Notes: generated by a model not told the origin, from the letters alone. A DNA stretch of 64,000 nucleotides from an uncultured virus (IMG/VR IMGVR_UViG_3300042294_004663) (IMGVR_UViG_3300042294_004663), one strand, 5' to 3'; numbered from the stretch's first letter, positions 1 through 10,122 are shown. Made by a program: numbers and translations.

Positions 1-280
1 TAGTATACTCTAAATATTCTAAAACAATGTTTGTAACACCTAATCCAACACGTTTATCCTTTAATTCAGGATACATTTCATATAGTTCTTCGTTAATTCC
101 AATTTTTAATATTTGAATTGGAATTTGAACGGAACCATCATAATCAGCTACTGTTTCAATGCTTTGTTTTTTTTCAAACTCAGCTTGGTATTGTTCGGTT
201 TTAACCGAACCAACTTGAGCTTGGGCTGTCTTACAAGAAAACAGCCCTAGCATCAATAATATAGGTAAAAATTTTACCAT
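1..280 (-). CDS. Lipoprotein, possibly CsgG/FlgO-like outer-membrane assembly protein (3' end runs off the window)
   Basis: Not in the ORF track. Manual translation from ATG at 280 gives MVKFLPILLMLGLFSCKTAQAQVGSVKTEQYQAEFEKKQSIETVADYDGSVQIPIQILKIGINEELYEMYPELKDKRVGLGVTNIVLEYLEYT, open to the edge. It has a lipobox (LFS-C). The strand-loop-helix segment 'IQILKI...VGLGVTNIVLEYL' resembles the CsgG-family N-terminus. Confidence 0.6.
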   Translation of the reverse strand, partial: MVKFLPILLMLGLFSCKTAQAQVGSVKTEQYQAEFEKKQSIETVADYDGSVQIPIQILKIGINEELYEMYPELKDKRVGLGVTNIVLEYLEYT

Positions 281-585
281 GATTCTTCTTGTGGTTTAGC
301 AACAGGAGCAGCGGGTTGAGTTGGTTTTTCAACTACACGCTCACGGATAACTGTAGGTCCTCCGTTTTCAACCTTTTGTTTATTATCTTGGGTTTGTTGT
401 ACGTTTACAACTACTGGGGCAGGGGCTGCTGCTTCAGTTTTTGGTTCTTCTTTAGGTTCTTCTTCATGACCACCAAATAAAGTAACTCCTAACCAGGTAC
501 CTCCACCTGCTACAACTGTACTTAACGTTCCTATAATGGTCTTTTTAAGGCCTGACCAAGTACCTTCGTTTGTTTCTTCTGACAT
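274..585 (-). CDS. Small single-pass membrane protein with a Pro/Glu-rich tail
   Basis: Hydrophobic stretch IIGTLSTVVAGGGTWLGVTLFGG followed by a low-complexity EEPK/APAP linker. It abuts or overlaps both neighbouring genes. Confidence 0.7.
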   Translation of the reverse strand: MSEETNEGTWSGLKKTIIGTLSTVVAGGGTWLGVTLFGGHEEEPKEEPKTEAAAPAPVVVNVQQTQDNKQKVENGGPTVIRERVVEKPTQPAAPVAKPQEESW

Positions 586-588
586 AGC

Positions 589-2493
589 TTATTGTTTAAT
601 TAATTTATTATAAATAGGGGTTTCGTTGTCTAAAGACAAGTTTACTATATAAATCCCAGGAGCTAATTTACCTAAATCTTTTGAATATGAATATTGTCCT
701 TCAGGTAATTGACCATCTAAAACAGCAACTACTTTTCTCCCTTGAATATCATAAATTCCTAAATGAGCATCTGTAGTTGTGGTTACATTAAATGTAATTG
801 TAACATCTTCTGATGTTGGGTTGGGAAAAATTAAAATTGAATTTGGGTTAATTACATCACCTACTGTAGATTTTAATACTTGTAAAATACCATTTGTTGG
901 TGTGATTTCAAGATCTTTTGACACTGCATTACCTGCAAATTTACGTGTTGTATAAAGTGGACTTTCAAGCCATTCGCCCTGTGGTTGTTTAGCTAAAAAT
1001 TGCAAAGTAATCACTTCATCTTCATTTGATAATAAGTTTTCATTAACTGAAGGGTCATATCCACCCCAATTGATTTCTCCGTTTGAAACATTAACATATG
1101 TTAACCATTTCATAGCGTTTGAAGTAGAGTAGATACTTTTAAATTCTAGTACATCTACATCATATTGTAAACCAAATTGTAAAGAATTTAATTCAGTACC
1201 ACCAGTTAACACTTTTACGGGAATGTTTACCAAGTTGCCTGCTTCAACAGACAATCTTGGTACATTCACTTCAATTTGAGTAGTTGGAAAATCGTATTCT
1301 ACTGTATGATCAATTACGTGGTAAATTTGAGATTCAATACCTGGTGTAGGATCAATCAATAATTCAATTGGTGTCATACGAGCCATATGGTATCCTGTTT
1401 CGTTAGCATCTCCAGGAGCCAATACATAGAACGTTACTGTTGAAGGTTGACCTGCTATAATTTCATAGTTGAAGTTAGTAACACCTGGGATAGAAGCTAT
1501 CAAGTTGGTAGATGAACCATCAACTGTAGCAAATTCGGTTGCTGTAAAGAATTTAACATCTTCAACGTTATTTGGCCACTGTGTAAAGTTACCTGCTACA
1601 CGTCCAAATACTCCATAAGCATCTGTAATTGTAATATTACCTGAACCGTTTACATCAGCATGATAAAAATCAAATCCTGTCATAGTACCGTTTCCAAGTA
1701 CCCACTGATTGATTAATTGGGCATCTGTTGCTGAAATAATATTTCCAGTTGCCATTGTATCACCTTTGATGGCTAAACGTACATCCCAATAAGTTGTATC
1801 TAGGTTAACTGTAAATGTAAAGTTACCTGAGTTATCAGTAGTATAAGCTGAGTGTTGAGTCCAAGTAGAACCGCCTGCAGGGCGAGTTTCAAGTGCTAAT
1901 GGTAAGTCTTTAGCGCCTGTACCTGTTACGTTTGTAAATGTACCTGCAAATGTAAATGTAGGTAAAGTAAATACACCACCATAGCTATGTAATGTTAACG
2001 TAGTATCTAAACCAGTATTAGTTGAGGCATACTGTTGGAAGGTTTGAGTACCTGTCCAAGTTAAAGGTGTAATAGAAGATAAGTTATTGAATACAGAAGG
2101 GGCAGCATGGGTAAATGTAATTGTAAATCTTTCACCATTTGCTAACGTGTAAGTTGGTGAACCACCTGTGTAAACAAGAGTAATAGTAATGTAACCGTTA
2201 GCAGTATTAGTTATGTACTGCAAATCAAGGTTTGTAGTAGAACCAATTAGTGAAACTGTTGCATTGGTAAATGCAATTTTGTCATAAAATACACGAAACT
2301 GAGTTGCTGTGTATTTCGTTAATGTGGTGTTTTGTAAAGTAATTTTGGCTGTTGTAGTACCTTGAGAGGTTGGACCGACTTGATATTGATCGGCAATCAA
2401 CCCATAGATACCGTTTCCGGGTGCTACTGGTACTTGTCCAAATAGGTTAAATGTTACTAATATAAGCAACAAAGGCAATAATAGGTTTTTCAT
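589..2493 (-). CDS. Secreted cohesin/dockerin-domain protein with a T9SS type A C-terminal sorting domain
   Basis: Likely start at 2493 (signal peptide MKNLLLPLLLILVTFNLFG-Q). Two cohesin-like segments (TQFRVFYDK; NIPVKV...SLQFGLQYDVDVLEF), a dockerin-like EF loop (ADVNGSGNITITDA) and a CTD (IFPNPT...IYDIQGRKV...LAPGIYIVNL...KLIKQ). Confidence 0.85.
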   Translation of the reverse strand: MKNLLLPLLLILVTFNLFGQVPVAPGNGIYGLIADQYQVGPTSQGTTTAKITLQNTTLTKYTATQFRVFYDKIAFTNATVSLIGSTTNLDLQYITNTANGYITITLVYTGGSPTYTLANGERFTITFTHAAPSVFNNLSSITPLTWTGTQTFQQYASTNTGLDTTLTLHSYGGVFTLPTFTFAGTFTNVTGTGAKDLPLALETRPAGGSTWTQHSAYTTDNSGNFTFTVNLDTTYWDVRLAIKGDTMATGNIISATDAQLINQWVLGNGTMTGFDFYHADVNGSGNITITDAYGVFGRVAGNFTQWPNNVEDVKFFTATEFATVDGSSTNLIASIPGVTNFNYEIIAGQPSTVTFYVLAPGDANETGYHMARMTPIELLIDPTPGIESQIYHVIDHTVEYDFPTTQIEVNVPRLSVEAGNLVNIPVKVLTGGTELNSLQFGLQYDVDVLEFKSIYSTSNAMKWLTYVNVSNGEINWGGYDPSVNENLLSNEDEVITLQFLAKQPQGEWLESPLYTTRKFAGNAVSKDLEITPTNGILQVLKSTVGDVINPNSILIFPNPTSEDVTITFNVTTTTDAHLGIYDIQGRKVVAVLDGQLPEGQYSYSKDLGKLAPGIYIVNLSLDNETPIYNKLIKQ

Positions 2494-2557
2494 TTTAGTT
2501 TTAGTTAGTTTAACAAAAAAAAACAATTTAAAAAACCTGTTTACCGTTATACATATA

Positions 2558-4285
2558 TTATCCTTCACATGAGACACAATCTGCAGTACGTTGAAGATTA
2601 TCTCCTCTTAAAATACTTTCTGAGCGCATGTAATATAATGTTTTAATACCTTCTTTCCAAGCTAATTTATGTACCTCACTAATATATTTTGGTGAATCAG
2701 ATGGGTCAAATGTTAGGTTTAATGAAATAGCTTGATCAACATGTTTTTGACGAATACCATTTTGGCGAACAATTTCGTATGGGTTGATTTCTTTAAATGT
2801 TAAGAATACCTCTTTTTCTTCATCAGATAAAATATGATCAGGTAATCCCATTACTGAACCTTTATCTTTAGCAATTTGTTCCCAAATACTATCGATGTTA
2901 AATCCTTTTGATTCAAGTAAACGCTCCAATGTTGGGTTTTTCTTGATAAATGTACCTTTAGCTGTTTTCAAGTTAAATACATTTGCAGGAATTGGTTCAA
3001 TTGAAGGGGAAACACCTCCTGAAATATTAGCGTTTGATACTGTTGGAGCAATTGCCAAATGATGTGTATGTCTCAAACCTGTTCCTTTACACCATTCTGG
3101 TTCGCCATATTCTTTTGCTTGGTCACGAGATGCTTTTAATGCTCCTTCTTCAATAAATTGAGACATAATTCGAGTGTAAGAATTTGCTTGTAAACCCGCA
3201 AATGGAATACCTTTTTCTTGTAAGAATGTATGCCATCCTAAAACACCAATACCAATTGCTCTACCTTTAAGTGCTGAGCGGTAAGTGTTTTCCATGAATT
3301 TAACATTTTTGGCTCTGTCAATAAACTCTTGCAATACACCTTCCAAAAACCAACATGTTAACTCAGGTAAAGTCATACCATTTTCAAATGTATATTCTTT
3401 CCATTCATCCCAACGTGCTAAGTTTAATGAAGATAAACAACAAATAAACGAGTGTAATGGATCTGTATAAAGTGCAATTTCAGAACAAATATTTGTCATT
3501 GAAACGTGTAAGTTATTGTTTTTATATGCTTGAGGATTATTGTTATTTACATTGTCTTCAAACATCAAGTATGGTTCACCTGTTTCTAAACGTGTTTTAA
3601 GGATTTCTCCCCACAATCTTAAAGCGCGTGGTTCTTTATTCTCTAATTTGTTCATAAAGTCATCATCAATTACTACACATTGATGTAGGTTAAGACATTG
3701 ACGGTTAACATCTCCCTTTGGTCGACGAATCATTAAAAATTCTTCAATATCTGGGTGATTTATATGTAAATTAACTGAAGCTGCACCTCGTCTAACTGAA
3801 CCTTGATTGGTTGCTAAGATAGTTGAATCATAAATTTTAGCCCATGGAACTACACCTTCAGATACTCCGTTTCCAGAAATTTCTTTACCTCTACCTCTAA
3901 TTCTAGATACACCAATACCTACACCTCCACCTTGAGATGATAAACGCATCAACTCAGAATTTGCTAATGCAATTCCTTCAATTGAATCGTCTGTATCAAT
4001 TCCAAAACATGAGATAGGCATACCACGTTCAGTACCTAAATTTGAAAGTACAGGTGATGCAAGACACAACCAATTTTTTTCCATCGCTTCAGCAAAAAAC
4101 GGAATTAAATCTTTGCGTTTTAATCTACGTCCTGCTGCTTTACTTACTCGATTGAATGCTTTAAATACATTCTCTTCTGGGAGTAAATATCCTTGTGATA
4201 TGATTGAAGTACCAATCTCATCCATCCATTCAGGGAAATCTTTACCCTTCACCCATTTACTTGTGTCTACGTTTAATTTGCTCAT
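2558..4285 (-). CDS. nrdA: Ribonucleotide reductase class I alpha subunit (short, no ATP cone)
   Basis: Motifs PISCF, GGGVG, RRGA, TNICSEI, CCLSSLNL, AIAPT, GIKTLYY and the C-terminal CVSC. Confidence 0.97.
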   Translation of the reverse strand: MSKLNVDTSKWVKGKDFPEWMDEIGTSIISQGYLLPEENVFKAFNRVSKAAGRRLKRKDLIPFFAEAMEKNWLCLASPVLSNLGTERGMPISCFGIDTDDSIEGIALANSELMRLSSQGGGVGIGVSRIRGRGKEISGNGVSEGVVPWAKIYDSTILATNQGSVRRGAASVNLHINHPDIEEFLMIRRPKGDVNRQCLNLHQCVVIDDDFMNKLENKEPRALRLWGEILKTRLETGEPYLMFEDNVNNNNPQAYKNNNLHVSMTNICSEIALYTDPLHSFICCLSSLNLARWDEWKEYTFENGMTLPELTCWFLEGVLQEFIDRAKNVKFMENTYRSALKGRAIGIGVLGWHTFLQEKGIPFAGLQANSYTRIMSQFIEEGALKASRDQAKEYGEPEWCKGTGLRHTHHLAIAPTVSNANISGGVSPSIEPIPANVFNLKTAKGTFIKKNPTLERLLESKGFNIDSIWEQIAKDKGSVMGLPDHILSDEEKEVFLTFKEINPYEIVRQNGIRQKHVDQAISLNLTFDPSDSPKYISEVHKLAWKEGIKTLYYMRSESILRGDNLQRTADCVSCEG

Positions 4286-4294
4286 TTGTTGTTT

Positions 4295-5242
4295 TTATAA
4301 ATCGCTCCAGTCAGCTGTTGATTTTGAATAATCTGTTACTCTTCCTGCGAAGAAATCTTGATGTGTTTTACCACTTGTTAAATGTCCGAACCATTCCATT
4401 TGTTTCAAAAGATTAGGATCGATATCATTGTATAAAGGATTATAACCTAATTCAATCAATTTTTGATTAGCACGTTCTTTAATAAAGTTTTTCAATTGGT
4501 TTTTGTTCAAACCTTCAATTTCACCCATTTCAAATGCTTTATCGATAAAGTCAAATTCTAATTTAACTGATAAATCACATGCATTATATATTTGTGCTTC
4601 CATACCTTCATTTAATTCAGGCATTTCTTCTACCATTGTTCTGAATAACCAACATCCAGCTTTTGAATGTAATGATTCATCACGTACGCTCCATTCTACA
4701 ATTTGGCCTGTACCTTTCATCAAGTTACGTAATTGAAAAGACATCAAGATAGCAAATGAAGAAAATAAATTAACACCTTCTGTAAATGCAGAGAATATAG
4801 CTAATGAAAGTGCTTTTTCACGTAATGTATCTCCGGGTAATTCAACTAAACGATCAATTTTAGCTTTTGCTTCCTCATCTTCCATGAATGCCTCAAAATT
4901 ATCTAATCCAAGTTCTTCATTTAAACGAGCATAAGCCTCAGCATGTATTGATTCGAAATCAGCGAATGCACACGCCATAGCTTTAATTTCATGTTTAGGG
5001 AACCATACCGCCACCTTTGTTGCCCAATAATCGTTTACATACGTCTCGGTTTGAGCAAACGATTTTAAAATATTACCAATTAAGTTTTTTTCTGGTTCGC
5101 TTAATTTAAGCTTCCAGTCATTTAAGTCTGATGATAATGGAACTTCGTCTGCTAACCAATGGGCTCTGTGTTGATCTTTGTAAAATTCGAATGCTGTTTG
5201 ATATTCGAATGGTTTGTAATGGGGTCTAAGTTCTGTTATCAT
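4295..5242 (-). CDS. nrdB: Ribonucleotide reductase class I beta subunit
   Basis: Motifs ESIHAEAY, EGVNLFSSF, RDESLH and DFFAGRVTDYSK. Confidence 0.97.
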   Translation of the reverse strand: MITELRPHYKPFEYQTAFEFYKDQHRAHWLADEVPLSSDLNDWKLKLSEPEKNLIGNILKSFAQTETYVNDYWATKVAVWFPKHEIKAMACAFADFESIHAEAYARLNEELGLDNFEAFMEDEEAKAKIDRLVELPGDTLREKALSLAIFSAFTEGVNLFSSFAILMSFQLRNLMKGTGQIVEWSVRDESLHSKAGCWLFRTMVEEMPELNEGMEAQIYNACDLSVKLEFDFIDKAFEMGEIEGLNKNQLKNFIKERANQKLIELGYNPLYNDIDPNLLKQMEWFGHLTSGKTHQDFFAGRVTDYSKSTADWSDL

Positions 5243-6597
5243 GTATTTAATTCAAAAAATTTATTTGCCAACATTTTTTTATCTAAATCGTCAAAGTTAT
5301 CGTTTGACTGTTTTTTTGGTGTAACTGTATCTGCTTCTTCATCGTAATGGTTTCCAATTGCAATGTGACCATTTGATGTGTTAACATCTACTTGAAAAGT
5401 CAAACCGTCCATCCCATATCTATTTTTCATAATATGAAGACGTCCAGTTCCATTAACTTTATCTTCTTTCTTTCTTGACAACGACATTGAAAGATCGGTA
5501 ATCATCATTTTGTCATAACTACCTGCTGCTTTATCGCCTTCAATAATATCATCTTTGGCTCCCGCGCGATTTACTTGCGAAACTGACCAAATTGGTATGT
5601 TTAATTCGCGAGCTAATCCCTTGGTGCTAATATAAATATCATCAATTTCTCCCTTACGATCAACATTTCTTTTTCTTGTTGAAAGAAGATCGATGTAATC
5701 TATAATAATAAGATCTGGTTCAATTCCTAGGTCTCTTACTTTTTGGATGTGTGCTTCTATGGTACCAATTGTGGTTTTTCCCATAGGAAATTCACGAATA
5801 ATTAATTCACCTGGTAATTCGGCTGTTAATGTCTCTACGTGTTCTTTATGTTTTTCTAACTGGTCAACAGGTGTACCAGTAAAGAAAGCGTCATATCGTC
5901 TTCCAGTATATGCTTCACTTAACTCTAAAGTATAGTGAATAACATTATAACCCATTTGAACTGCAAATCCACCTAAAGCAACTAATGTCCAAGATTTACC
6001 TCCACCAGGATTACCAAAAATTAATCCTAAATCGCCATTACCTAAACCACCTTGAACTAATTCATTAATTTCAGTCCATGGAGTAGGAACAATTTTTCTA
6101 TGGTCTTCACGGTAACGTGATTCAGTATCTTTTTTATATTCGTGACCAATATTTTTATCTTGTCCTGCTTTCATTGCTGATTCAATCATATATTTAATTG
6201 AGTCATAATCGCCAGCTTTTAATAAGTCAACACTACTTAATAATGCTTTCTTTAACTGTTGATTTTTACAGAATGTAGAAAATTCTTCTTGCACGTAAGC
6301 CAAATCATCTAAATCAGCTTTGTAAGCTTCACGTAATTGTTCTTTAACGGATACTTTAAGTACTTCATTGTCTAGTTTCTTCATTTCTACTTTTAAAATA
6401 TCCATAGAAATGGTTGTATGAAACTTTTCGTAGTACTTAATAATTTCGTTTATAACCCATTTATGAGCCGGATTACTAAAGTATTCATCACTTAGTACGT
6501 CGTTTATGTTTTGTAAAAATTCTTTATGTGTTAATAAAGAAGATATCACTTTCATCTGGAACGATGGTCCGTATTCATCAATTGATTGTAAGGTCAT
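5239..6597 (-). CDS. DnaB/gp41-like replicative helicase
   Basis: Walker A GNPGGGKS, TLEL, IIIDYIDLL, SQVNR and KNRYG. Confidence 0.93.
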   Translation of the reverse strand: MTLQSIDEYGPSFQMKVISSLLTHKEFLQNINDVLSDEYFSNPAHKWVINEIIKYYEKFHTTISMDILKVEMKKLDNEVLKVSVKEQLREAYKADLDDLAYVQEEFSTFCKNQQLKKALLSSVDLLKAGDYDSIKYMIESAMKAGQDKNIGHEYKKDTESRYREDHRKIVPTPWTEINELVQGGLGNGDLGLIFGNPGGGKSWTLVALGGFAVQMGYNVIHYTLELSEAYTGRRYDAFFTGTPVDQLEKHKEHVETLTAELPGELIIREFPMGKTTIGTIEAHIQKVRDLGIEPDLIIIDYIDLLSTRKRNVDRKGEIDDIYISTKGLARELNIPIWSVSQVNRAGAKDDIIEGDKAAGSYDKMMITDLSMSLSRKKEDKVNGTGRLHIMKNRYGMDGLTFQVDVNTSNGHIAIGNHYDEEADTVTPKKQSNDNFDDLDKKMLANKFFELNT

Positions 6598-6614
6598 TTG
6601 TTATAACTTTTATT

Positions 6615-6646
6615 TAAATATAATAACTTATTATTTATTTTCCAAC
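6615..6646 (-). promoter_or_regulatory. Bacteroidota sigma70-type promoter (helicase)
   Basis: The minus strand reads GTTG-N20-TATATTTA, close to the Bacteroidota -33 TTTG / -7 TAnnTTTG consensus. Confidence 0.6.
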
Positions 6647-7659
6647 AAACCTTTAAAGATATCTTGAACCCAAAATTCAGTATTTCGAATTAAATTTCCA
6701 AGTTGATCTTCATTACACATATCAATAAATGTATGTGGGAAAAAATTTAGATGAGTGTTTTCAACAAATTTGTCTATAAACATTTTATCTTTATCACTCA
6801 TCATAGGGTTAGATAAATCCATAACCCTATATTTATCTTCTAATAGATCTACGTCATGTATTACTCTTGCATACACAACGTGTTCTTTTAATCTAGCTTC
6901 AGCAAGATTGATAATATCATCTAATGATAATTTTTGTGTTGCTAATTCAGGGAATTTTTTAAATAAACCTTTAGATCCTAATCCTTTAATACCTGTAATT
7001 CCATCAGAACTATCCCCCATTAATAATTTATATAATAAAAAATTATATGGTAATACATTAAATTTTTCTTTTACAGTATCTGTTGTATAATATTCTTTTT
7101 CAACTGGGCGATAAACGATTACTTGTTCAGTTACTAATTGTAAATAATCTTTATCACTAGATACTATGAATATTCTATCTTCAGGTTTTGTAGGTAGAGT
7201 ATTACTTAAATAAGCAATGATATCATCTGCTTCTACTCCAGGTAATGATACTGTTTTAACAGGTAATGTTTTTAAATATTGAATGATTCGAACAATTTGA
7301 TCTACCTTTGAATCATCTTCTTCCTCTAAATTATCAAACAACTCATGTTTAGTTATTCGAGTAATATTTCTATTTGATTTATATTCAGGAATAATATTTT
7401 TTCTATTGTTAGAAGAACCCACACCATCAAACACTACATAAACTTGTGTAGGTTGGATGGTGCGAATTAAACTTCCTAAAGATCGAAAAAATCCTCCTAA
7501 ACCCCCAATATGAACTCCATTTGAATTAACAGTATTAATAGCACTAAAATTTCGAAAAAATAAATTAAGACCATCAATTAAAAGGTAACGATTTGGGTCT
7601 GGTAATTCTTCGGTATGTTCTTGTATATTGTTTAAAAGGTTTAAAAGGTCTTTTTTCAT
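6631..7659 (-). CDS. 5'-3' exonuclease / flap endonuclease (T4 RNase H-like)
   Basis: Motifs LLIDGLN, VFDG, EYKSNR, EADDIIA, SSDKDYLQL and GDSSDGITGIKGLG. Confidence 0.93.
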   Translation of the reverse strand: MKKDLLNLLNNIQEHTEELPDPNRYLLIDGLNLFFRNFSAINTVNSNGVHIGGLGGFFRSLGSLIRTIQPTQVYVVFDGVGSSNNRKNIIPEYKSNRNITRITKHELFDNLEEEDDSKVDQIVRIIQYLKTLPVKTVSLPGVEADDIIAYLSNTLPTKPEDRIFIVSSDKDYLQLVTEQVIVYRPVEKEYYTTDTVKEKFNVLPYNFLLYKLLMGDSSDGITGIKGLGSKGLFKKFPELATQKLSLDDIINLAEARLKEHVVYARVIHDVDLLEDKYRVMDLSNPMMSDKDKMFIDKFVENTHLNFFPHTFIDMCNEDQLGNLIRNTEFWVQDIFKGLLENK

Positions 7660-7662
7660 ATA

Positions 7663-8745
7663 TTAATCTTCATTTTCAAATAAATCAGGGGTTGGTGCTT
7701 TTTCATCCCATTCACTGTTATCTTCTTGTACTGAGTATGTACCTTGTCCTAGGATGCCAGCCCATTCATGTGAATTTTCATCTTTGTATTTTTTAACTGC
7801 ATTTGGGTCATCTTTAATAAATCCATGTACTGTAGAAATAATTGTCCCCATTGTAGTAATCCCATTGATGTGATTTTTATCACAAGCAATTTTTGTACGT
7901 AATGCAAATTCAACTTTCTTCTTATCCTTAACAGCGTTAATTTTAGAAGTACCAGCGTTTGTAACGTTACCAAATGTTAAACATAATGAAACATCATAAT
8001 AGAACGTATCTCCACCTTTATTTGTCATTCTAGGTTGTGACATTGGAGTTAAAGCCGGAGCAACACCTACTTTATTTACAACAAATAGAGTGTTCGTGTA
8101 TTTTGAACTTTCCTTACGAGACATTACAATCTGTTGATTAATAAAGTTCCCGAATTGAGTTGCAATAGCTCCTGCATTCCACATTGGATTGTTTTTGCCT
8201 TGCTCAATTGACATTTGGCATGGAATTGAACCAACTGAATCCCAGATGAAGAGTAAATCATATGGTAGATTACCTTTCTTTTGTTCGGTAAGTAGATCAA
8301 TAACAAAAGCAGCAATATCTTCAATTGAATTTAAAGTACTTCTATCTCGATAAATAAAAAAACCTGTTTGATCAATAATTTCACCTGTTTCTTTATCAAC
8401 TACATCTTCCATTTCGAAACCCATTGTTCTCCAGTGATTCCAATCATGTTTCATTTCAGTAATAATCAATACAGGTAAAACTCCCATTTTTTGAGCATTA
8501 ACTGCTACTTCAATGGTCATAGTAGATTTTCCTGTATTTGATTTTCCTCGAACCATTGAATTATGGCCCATAGGAATACCAGGAATAGATAATGCTTCTT
8601 GTAGAGCTGGAGAGAATGGTATCCATCTTTGCTCTTTAAATTTAACATTTGATGCTAGACCTTTATTTGCTTTAAATTTATCTAAACTGAAGGCGGTTTT
8701 CAGTTCTCTATCCGCCGCCTCAGTTAGCGATTTTCGTTTAGCCAT
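7663..8745 (-). CDS. uvsX: RecA/UvsX-like recombinase
   Basis: Walker A GKSNTGKST, Walker B FIWDSVG, KGG..F.Y and KN motifs; located in the replication cluster. Confidence 0.85.
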   Translation of the reverse strand: MAKRKSLTEAADRELKTAFSLDKFKANKGLASNVKFKEQRWIPFSPALQEALSIPGIPMGHNSMVRGKSNTGKSTMTIEVAVNAQKMGVLPVLIITEMKHDWNHWRTMGFEMEDVVDKETGEIIDQTGFFIYRDRSTLNSIEDIAAFVIDLLTEQKKGNLPYDLLFIWDSVGSIPCQMSIEQGKNNPMWNAGAIATQFGNFINQQIVMSRKESSKYTNTLFVVNKVGVAPALTPMSQPRMTNKGGDTFYYDVSLCLTFGNVTNAGTSKINAVKDKKKVEFALRTKIACDKNHINGITTMGTIISTVHGFIKDDPNAVKKYKDENSHEWAGILGQGTYSVQEDNSEWDEKAPTPDLFENED

Positions 8746-8761
8746 AACTTATTTTACTTAA

Positions 8762-9595
8762 TTAAAATGGTGAATCATCATCATCTTCAAACAAATCATC
8801 AAACTGATCTGCTTTAGATTTTTTAGATGCTGGTTTAGCGGATAAGCTGTAATTTGATTCAGGTTTTTCTTCCTTTTCTTCTACTACTAATAGGCCATCT
8901 GATGGGAATTCTTCTTCTGCTGGTTCTTCAGGGTTTAACCATTCTTGAAGTGCAGCTTTAATTTCATCAAAAGGTAACATTTTATAAATGTCTTTTGGAT
9001 TAACTTGATCATCTAACCACAATTCCAATTCTTTATCATCTTCAGATAAAACAGATGTTTTCATAGATGGTTGAATTGTTGTCTTGTTATAGACAGTACC
9101 TGTTGATTCAGGACCTACAGTAACCAATTTGATATCACGACCAGTCATGATGTCTGTAAAATCGCCTACTTCTTCGTCAGCAGCCATTTGCAAGAATGCC
9201 TCGTAAATTTCTTTACCAAATTCCCACAAGTGAACACCTTCAGATTCTTGTCCACGAACAATTACAGGAGCAAAGATACGAACTTTCGGATCTAATTTTT
9301 TAGCCAAACGCCAGTTTTCTTTATCGTTTGTACCACGAAGTTGTTTTGCAAATTCTGCAATTGGATCTTTCTCACCCCAATTCAAAGGAGAGGCAATTAC
9401 CTTTTTACTACCAATACCATAGTAGAATTTCATTTCCGTAAATGGAAACTCTTTGTTGTATTTGAATGGAACAACACGAACCGTTTGTTTACCAACTTGC
9501 GGCTTAAAGCGCTTTGTTTGGTTGTTTGAGCCACCACCTGATGAGGGTTGTTTTTGCATTGACTCAAGTTTCTTCTTGATTGCATCTAGATTCAT
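8762..9595 (-). CDS. Single-stranded DNA-binding protein (gp32-like)
   Basis: VRVVP, LWEFGKEIY and GRDIKL core, with an acidic C-terminal tail ending DDDDSPF. Confidence 0.85.
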   Translation of the reverse strand: MNLDAIKKKLESMQKQPSSGGGSNNQTKRFKPQVGKQTVRVVPFKYNKEFPFTEMKFYYGIGSKKVIASPLNWGEKDPIAEFAKQLRGTNDKENWRLAKKLDPKVRIFAPVIVRGQESEGVHLWEFGKEIYEAFLQMAADEEVGDFTDIMTGRDIKLVTVGPESTGTVYNKTTIQPSMKTSVLSEDDKELELWLDDQVNPKDIYKMLPFDEIKAALQEWLNPEEPAEEEFPSDGLLVVEEKEEKPESNYSLSAKPASKKSKADQFDDLFEDDDDSPF

Positions 9596-9623
9596 AAATA
9601 TAACTATTTTATTGTTTACAACT

Positions 9624-9655
9624 TAAATATAATAACCTTTATTCAGTAAGCCAAA
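9624..9655 (-). promoter_or_regulatory. Bacteroidota sigma70-type promoter (SSB)
   Basis: The minus strand reads TTTG-N20-TATATTTA. Confidence 0.7.
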
Positions 9656-10117
9656 CTATATTTCAACTATCTTGAAAATCTTTGTATTCAATTGTTTAAT
9701 TTCATTGTGCTGAGTTAACAAGATACAATTTCTGTAGTGTTGCCAGTTTACTGTAAAGTTTGTATCAACTACACCACCATTTAATTTTTTAATTAACTCA
9801 TTTAGAGCATTAATGGTATATAATGTGTTTGATTCTTTTTTTCTATGTACTAGAATAGTATTATCGGGGATATCGTTAACATTACCTTGATCAACGTTAT
9901 ATGTAATAACATATTCGTTATTACTTTTAACATGTAATACAAACATTTTATTATACATGATGGAATAGCGTCTTGATAGTTCATCAACCAACGTCTCTAA
10001 ATCCTCAATCGCGGTAAAAGTACAAAACAGTCTATTGTTCATCAATAAATTATCAAATGTAAAATCATAATCGAATTGATTATACATATGACGAGGTTGT
10101 TCCAAAGTATTATACAT
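9656..10117 (-). CDS. Hypothetical protein
   Basis: 153-aa ORF tightly packed between PolA and SSB; no motif recognised. Confidence 0.75.
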   Translation of the reverse strand: MYNTLEQPRHMYNQFDYDFTFDNLLMNNRLFCTFTAIEDLETLVDELSRRYSIMYNKMFVLHVKSNNEYVITYNVDQGNVNDIPDNTILVHRKKESNTLYTINALNELIKKLNGGVVDTNFTVNWQHYRNCILLTQHNEIKQLNTKIFKIVEI

Positions 10118-10122
10118 AACTT

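Noticed and set aside
2494..2577. 28-aa N-terminal extension of the T9SS type A protein in the ORF track
   Set aside because: It overlaps nrdA and the promoter-like motif, and the signal peptide begins at ATG 2493.
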